From a bacterium (GTDB lineage Bacteria > Lindowbacteria > 2-12-FULL-62-27): a DNA stretch of 64,000 nt. This document shows, one piece after another, positions 59,346-64,000 of the stretch. Location: positions 3,781 through 67,780 of the forward strand of contig JACQOF010000127.1 of NCBI GenBank assembly GCA_016202645.1, written 5' to 3'. The translations under genes were made by a program, and so were the position numbers. Every line of letters starts with the position of its first letter. Position 1 is the first letter of the stretch. The notes under the pieces were generated by a model, which did not search any database, had not been told where the DNA came from, and saw nothing but the letters and a program-made list of their open reading frames with translations.

Positions 59346-60578
59346 TTATATCTTGTCCAGTTTCCACTCCGCGCCGTCGAACTGGAAAACCGCGGTCTGC
59401 ATGCCGGCGTTGTTGTACGTGGTCACGCGTTCGGTCTTGGTGACGGTCGCCTCGTCCCCGTTGAAGTCCACGGATGTGTTGTCGTCGCCGTGCCGGAATT
59501 CGAGTTCCGAAACGACCCAGAGCTTGACCCAGACCCGGGACCCCGGCTTCTCCGGGGATTCGGCGGCGATCTGAACGATCCGCCAGGTCCATTTCTTGTA
59601 TTGCTGCTTTCGAAAGAATTCTTCGAGCATCGGAAACTGCGGCGAGGCCGGCGTCATCCGGGATTTCAGGAACTTGATATCCGCTTTCACCAGCGCATCG
59701 GCCGTCGTTTTGACCAACGGCTCAAACTTCCCGCGGAGTTTCGCCTGTTCCGCCATCCACGGAGCGTGCGTGTCATACCAGTCCGCGTAGTACGCCTTGC
59801 GAGGCGCGCCGCCGGGGATCTGATCCAGCGCGGCGTGAAGATCCGCAAGGGCCGACCGCGCATCTTCAGGCTCGGCCGCGAAAAGATGCGCCCGGACGCG
59901 CGTGGGCTGATATTGCTCAATGCCGAAACCGACGTAGGTGTCGCGTTGAACGAGATCGGGCCGTTTCTGGAGCATATCCCGGACCAGGTCACGTGTTTCC
60001 CGAAGGGATTTCAGCGCCTCATCGGCCTCGCCGCGGGCCAACTGCACTCGCGCCTTCGCGACCGTCCCGGCCAGGAGAGTCCGGTCGTCGATGATGTCCT
60101 TCGCCCAGGAAAAAAACTGGTCCACCAGGATGACCGGATATTCGGTCGCGCCGCGGTCGGTCATCGCCAATTGTTCGAAAAAAGACGCGCAGGTAAGCTG
60201 TGAAACCTCATTCCGAATCTGCTCGAACCTGGGCGTTTCCGCCAGACGGCGCTGTCTGGGCATCAGCGCGGAGTGCTTCTTCGCAGTCGAGAAAAACAGG
60301 ATGGCGTCGGTTGTCACCGTGTCCTTCAGGCCGATTTCCGTCGCCAGGATCGACAACCGGTAAAGTTTGTAGTAATCGCCCTTTTTCTTGGCCGGTCCCC
60401 CGGCCTCCCCGATTTTTTCCTTCGCCTCCTCCGACTTCCCCTCCCGGATCAGGGCGGAAATTTCATCAAAAACCGCCTCGTCCCCGGCGACGGCGCAGAG
60501 CGTTCCCGCCGAGAAGATTGCCGCGGCCAGAAGGATGCGCGAAAAAAGCCGCCGGATGGTACGCAGGGCTCGGGTCAT
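59346..60578 (-). CDS. Secreted hypothetical protein
   Basis: 410-aa ORF with signal peptide; ATGA-coupled to the toxin gene. Confidence 0.65.
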   Translation of the reverse strand: MTRALRTIRRLFSRILLAAAIFSAGTLCAVAGDEAVFDEISALIREGKSEEAKEKIGEAGGPAKKKGDYYKLYRLSILATEIGLKDTVTTDAILFFSTAKKHSALMPRQRRLAETPRFEQIRNEVSQLTCASFFEQLAMTDRGATEYPVILVDQFFSWAKDIIDDRTLLAGTVAKARVQLARGEADEALKSLRETRDLVRDMLQKRPDLVQRDTYVGFGIEQYQPTRVRAHLFAAEPEDARSALADLHAALDQIPGGAPRKAYYADWYDTHAPWMAEQAKLRGKFEPLVKTTADALVKADIKFLKSRMTPASPQFPMLEEFFRKQQYKKWTWRIVQIAAESPEKPGSRVWVKLWVVSELEFRHGDDNTSVDFNGDEATVTKTERVTTYNNAGMQTAVFQFDGAEWKLDKI

Positions 60579-60928
60579 TGGGGTCTTGGGGAAAGATTCA
60601 ACACCATACAGACGCCGGCTTCCACGCGCCGCATAACCGCAGATGGGACACTGCCGGCGCGGCGGGTAAGACGCGATTTGTTGAGGGTCAGGACCTGCGA
60701 GATGTTCACAACGGAATCTTTCGGGAGGCCGGATTCGGAGGCGGGAAGAAAGACGTTTCCGGGGGCGTCTTTCAGATCGAGATTTGATGTGATCACCAGG
60801 ACGATGACCGTCCGGATACGGCTCCGGTTGAAATCGTCAGACTGCAGGACAACGACCGGCCGCCGGAATCCCGGCTCCGAACCCTGCGGCGCCGGCAGTC
60901 CGGCCCACCAGATTTCACCGCGGTTCAC
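60575..60928 (-). CDS. PemK/MazF family toxin
   Basis: RGEIWWA.L....GSEPGFRRPVVVLQSD, ITSN, GLPKDS; GTG 60928. Confidence 0.93.
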   Translation of the reverse strand: MNRGEIWWAGLPAPQGSEPGFRRPVVVLQSDDFNRSRIRTVIVLVITSNLDLKDAPGNVFLPASESGLPKDSVVNISQVLTLNKSRLTRRAGSVPSAVMRRVEAGVCMVLNLSPRPQ

Positions 60929-61173
60929 GGCGCGGGCCGCCACCCCTCGGCGCCGGCCGCCTCGTCCTGCATCCGGCTCCAGCCATCCTCCACGGCGGAC
61001 TCGGTTTTCGAATAGACCCGATTGAGCGCGGCCGTGACGTTGCGGCGCCGGTAGGCCTCGATGAAATAGGCGACGGCCTGGGCATACAGTTCGCTCCGGG
61101 ACAGCCGAAGCTCCCTCGCCACCCGGTCCGCCGACCGAAACACCCCGTCGGGAATCGATATCGCGGTTTTCAC
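60925..61173 (-). CDS. RHH antitoxin (ChpI-like)
   Basis: MKTAISIPD.VF..AD......SRSELY..A...LNRVY. Confidence 0.88.
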   Translation of the reverse strand: MKTAISIPDGVFRSADRVARELRLSRSELYAQAVAYFIEAYRRRNVTAALNRVYSKTESAVEDGWSRMQDEAAGAEGWRPAP

Positions 61174-61179
61174 ACTGGA

Positions 61180-61209
61180 AGTATAACCAGGGTCATACTA
61201 TGTTGTCAA
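61180..61209 (-). promoter_or_regulatory. Sigma70 promoter with overlapping operator for the TA operon
   Basis: Minus strand TTGACA-N18-TATACT, 6 nt before the GTG; palindrome AGTATAACC-AG-GGTCATACT. Confidence 0.7.
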
Positions 61210-61344
61210 TAGATCAGGGAGAAAGGGAGAGAGGGAGAAAGGGAGAAAGTCAGGATCCGGGGCGGGAATGACGGAGAGGGCTGAATAGTAACGATATGTT
61301 TAACCTTTCTCCCTCTCTCCCTTTCTCCCTCTCTCCCTGATCTA
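61210..61344. repeat. Inverted 8-mer array element, copy 2, containing a MITE end fragment
   Basis: TAGATCAGGGAGA...TCTCCCTGATCTA; 61262-61292 matches the reverse complement of 50458-50488 at 30/31. Confidence 0.85.
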
Positions 61345-63735
61345 GTGATGAAACGGGTTCGGGTTGCCGAGCCAAGACGTCTGATCGAAGGGTACAGCGG
61401 CGCCGCTTTGCGGCGCGGGGGAGGTGAAATCGGCGTCGTTCGCGTCGTAGAACACCGTCCCGCTGAAGGCCGCCATCGGAGAATGGCCGTCTCCATCCAC
61501 GTCAACGATCGTCGCTCCGGCCTCCGGATAGCCAGTCGGAACTGTTCCCCCGACGTTGACGTAGCCGAATCCGGCCGGACCGCTCGTCTCGAATCCCGAA
61601 TTGCCGGTCACCGTACCCGCTTTGTCGGGGCTGTAGTAGACGATGTATGCATCCGCATACTGATCGAAATATACACCGGGATCTGGCGTATAGACATTGA
61701 TGGTCACGATATCCCCGTGGCCGTTGAGATCGGGTGGAAAGGACAAAGGATTGAGAGGATCGCTGCCGAATTGGAATTCGGCCAGATTGGTGAAGCCGTC
61801 CCCGTCCAGATCGAGCCCCCCATCATTCGGATCGCTCAAATTCATTGAATGGACCGACTCCCAGAAATCCGGGATGCCGTCACCGTCCATGTCGGCATAT
61901 CCACCCGGACCGCTCGCACCAACCGGGGTCTGCGTTGTCGTTGCCTCCGCCACAGGGACGGAAATGGCATCGAATGGATCCGTGGCGGATTGAAACTCCT
62001 GCAGGCTGGTGAAGCCGTCGCCGTCGGGGTCCAATAGGGCGTCGGCGGCGCTGTTCGGGTTCAAGCCGATTTGCAGTTCGTAATAGTCGGGGAGGCCGTC
62101 ACCGTCGGCGTCAAAGGATGCGGCATCGAGAAAGAGAAGGGGATCAAGGCTGTTCTGAAATTCATATAAATTGGAGAGGCCGTCGCCGTCTGCGTCCAAT
62201 AGGGCGTCGGCGGGGTTGTTGGGGTCCAATCCGTATTGCAATTCGTAAAAATTGGGGAGGCCGTCGCCGTCGTAATCTTCGGCGCCTGAACCCACGGATG
62301 CAAGGGTAACGCCGTGTGAAGTCGGGTCTCTCGGATTTGTCTGATCGTGAAATTCAGTTAAATTATCCCAACCATCCCGATCCGGATCTTGTTGAGCATC
62401 GCGCGGATCCAAAGGATTCAAGCCGTTCTCCCGCTCCCAGTCGTCCGGAATTCCATCCCCATCCGCGTCGCCGCCGGATACGACGGGCGGCGGCTGAAAT
62501 TCCGGCGGAGGCGCCGGATCACGCTGAGGGTCTAAGGAAGGATCTCCAAACGGATCGCCTTCTTCTCCCGGTGACGGAGGAAATCCTCCAGGATCGCCCA
62601 CCGTTTTGTCGGGGTCATATTGCCCACGCCCGGGACCATCCAACGTAGGCTGAAAATCCCTGTCCCCGTTGCCCAACTCCACCACCGGGCCGATCGACGG
62701 ATCTACTGCGGCCGGATCCAGCAGTGAAGGTCCATCAGGCAGGCCGTCGAAGACCGGAAGATCCGCCGGGCCAAGGACGGACGGATCCATCGGTCCAATC
62801 GGCGCGGCTTCGGGAGCCAAGCCACCCACGGCAGGTCCCGCAACTTCGGGTCCCGCCTGGCCGACAGATAAGCCCGCATTCGACGCCGCCTCGAACAATT
62901 GCGTTACAGCCTGAACGGACGCAAATCCCTGTTGAATGGCCTGGACCGCGCCCGGCCCCGCTCCCGATGCGGCCGCCACCTGAGCCATGATCTGACGGGC
63001 TTCCGTGGTCGGCGGCAATCCCGCCGCGATCTGCGCGACGATGGCGGCCGGGGCGCCCGCTTTTTCCGCCGCTTTGGCCGCGGCTTCCCGGGCCGCCGGA
63101 GGCGGCGCAATGTTTAGAATTTGTTGGACGGCGGGCGGGAGGCGCTCGGCCTGCACCGGCGCGACAAATCCGGCGCCTTCGGTGATGCGGTTCACCGCGC
63201 CGAGGCCGGGGGTATACTCAGTCTCAAGCGTCGTTCCACGGATTCCGGCGACCGAGGCGGGCGTCGTCACCGTGAACCGGTTGGCTTTGCCGCTCTGCTT
63301 GTCGATTTTTGAGGTGAGCTTGCCGACCTGAAGAAAAATTTCGGTTTGATAGACTTTGTCGCTTTCCTGAGCGCGCCCCACCGCAAACTGCGCCAGCGGG
63401 GCGATGTCGGTCTGGCTGTTGGCGAAGGCCATCGTCGCCCGACCGTCGATACCCGCCGCGACTTGGTCGCCCGGACCGATGTCCATGCCGGCCTGGGCTT
63501 CGACCCACTCGGAAGTCCCGGCTTTCTGGACTTCGACGACGCCTTCGACCTTCGTCAAATTGCCCTTCATGGCGGCGATCCCGGCGGGAGGATTCTCGGC
63601 AAACGCTAAAACCAATGCCGTGCGGGGAACTGTCACGGAAGAAAGCAGATACACGAAGAACAGGGTGGCGAATTTTCTTGGGAAACTACACGGCCTGATT
63701 ACAGGCGACCGACCCGAATCCGGAGGGTTACGCAT
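61342..63735 (-). CDS. Secreted FecR-domain protein with DxDGDG (TSP3-like) calcium-binding repeats
   Basis: GDQV, FTVTTPASVAGIRGT; repeats such as DADGDGIPDDWE..NGLNP..DA..DPD.DG..NL.EF; start uncertain. Confidence 0.8.
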   Translation of the reverse strand: MRNPPDSGRSPVIRPCSFPRKFATLFFVYLLSSVTVPRTALVLAFAENPPAGIAAMKGNLTKVEGVVEVQKAGTSEWVEAQAGMDIGPGDQVAAGIDGRATMAFANSQTDIAPLAQFAVGRAQESDKVYQTEIFLQVGKLTSKIDKQSGKANRFTVTTPASVAGIRGTTLETEYTPGLGAVNRITEGAGFVAPVQAERLPPAVQQILNIAPPPAAREAAAKAAEKAGAPAAIVAQIAAGLPPTTEARQIMAQVAAASGAGPGAVQAIQQGFASVQAVTQLFEAASNAGLSVGQAGPEVAGPAVGGLAPEAAPIGPMDPSVLGPADLPVFDGLPDGPSLLDPAAVDPSIGPVVELGNGDRDFQPTLDGPGRGQYDPDKTVGDPGGFPPSPGEEGDPFGDPSLDPQRDPAPPPEFQPPPVVSGGDADGDGIPDDWERENGLNPLDPRDAQQDPDRDGWDNLTEFHDQTNPRDPTSHGVTLASVGSGAEDYDGDGLPNFYELQYGLDPNNPADALLDADGDGLSNLYEFQNSLDPLLFLDAASFDADGDGLPDYYELQIGLNPNSAADALLDPDGDGFTSLQEFQSATDPFDAISVPVAEATTTQTPVGASGPGGYADMDGDGIPDFWESVHSMNLSDPNDGGLDLDGDGFTNLAEFQFGSDPLNPLSFPPDLNGHGDIVTINVYTPDPGVYFDQYADAYIVYYSPDKAGTVTGNSGFETSGPAGFGYVNVGGTVPTGYPEAGATIVDVDGDGHSPMAAFSGTVFYDANDADFTSPAPQSGAAVPFDQTSWLGNPNPFHH

Positions 63736-63874
63736 CCACAGGGATGATATCCCGCCATCAGCCTTTTTGCAACTTCATTAGTGATGAAACGGGTTCGGTT
63801 GGGTCGGGCAGGGTCGGAGGACGCCCCATCATCGGTCGATCGGAATGTGTCAAAGGGCCAGAATGGCCCCTGAC

Positions 63875-63982
63875 CTAGTTCTGGTCCGTGGGTCTGTAGG
63901 TTTTCAGCGCGTATAAGGCGGCCAGCCAGAGCGCCGCGTTTACGGCGTAGAGAAGAATGAACCCAGGGTTGATGTTTTCCAT
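63875..63982 (-). CDS. Putative 35-aa single-TM small protein
   Basis: MENINPGFILLYAVNAALWLAALYALKTYRPTDQN; below the ORF-track length cut-off. Confidence 0.4.
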   Translation of the reverse strand: MENINPGFILLYAVNAALWLAALYALKTYRPTDQN

Positions 63983-64000
63983 CGCGCTCAAATTTTACTC

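Noticed and set aside
61342-63870. DGR template/variable repeat pair at the FecR gene end
   Set aside because: Identity is limited to about 20-24 bp, differences are not adenine-specific, and no reverse transcriptase is present in the window

Overview
GC-rich bacterial chromosome window from a diderm, LPS-type organism; taxon cannot be determined from sequence alone. Core genes include a glutamine synthetase-like gene (partial), bolA-bfr, alr-thiL-tsaE-tsaB-[degenerate dinB]-uvrB, tRNA-Arg(CCG), glycosyltransferases, queD, queE, metK-hisS-aspS-phoH-7TM/HD-ybeY-CNNM-recO, sppA, an ogg-like glycosylase, rmuC, alaS and acpP-fabF. Accessory content includes: a cobalamin riboswitch with a small CbiX-like gene; two type II toxin-antitoxin pairs; a multistep phosphorelay (two hybrid kinases, a REC-metallo-beta-lactamase-fold hydrolase, a sigma54 activator) with three candidate sigma54 promoters; a VIT/vWA-ECF-anti-sigma operon; an EVE plus degenerate STAND-TPR-MBL pair; an atypical class III cyclase; and a FecR/Ca-repeat protein. 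The most striking unexplained structure is a set of small mobile or palindromic elements. (1) A Y1/HUH (RAYT-like) gene bounded by 35-bp inverted repeats with reiterated junctions, plus an apparently empty relative. (2) One REP-like double hairpin packaged in two different MITE wrappers, one with 8-bp target duplications. (3) Inverted 7/8/9-mer arrays. (4) Repeats sitting in-frame inside protein genes. All protein calls come from motif recognition by eye, not database searches.
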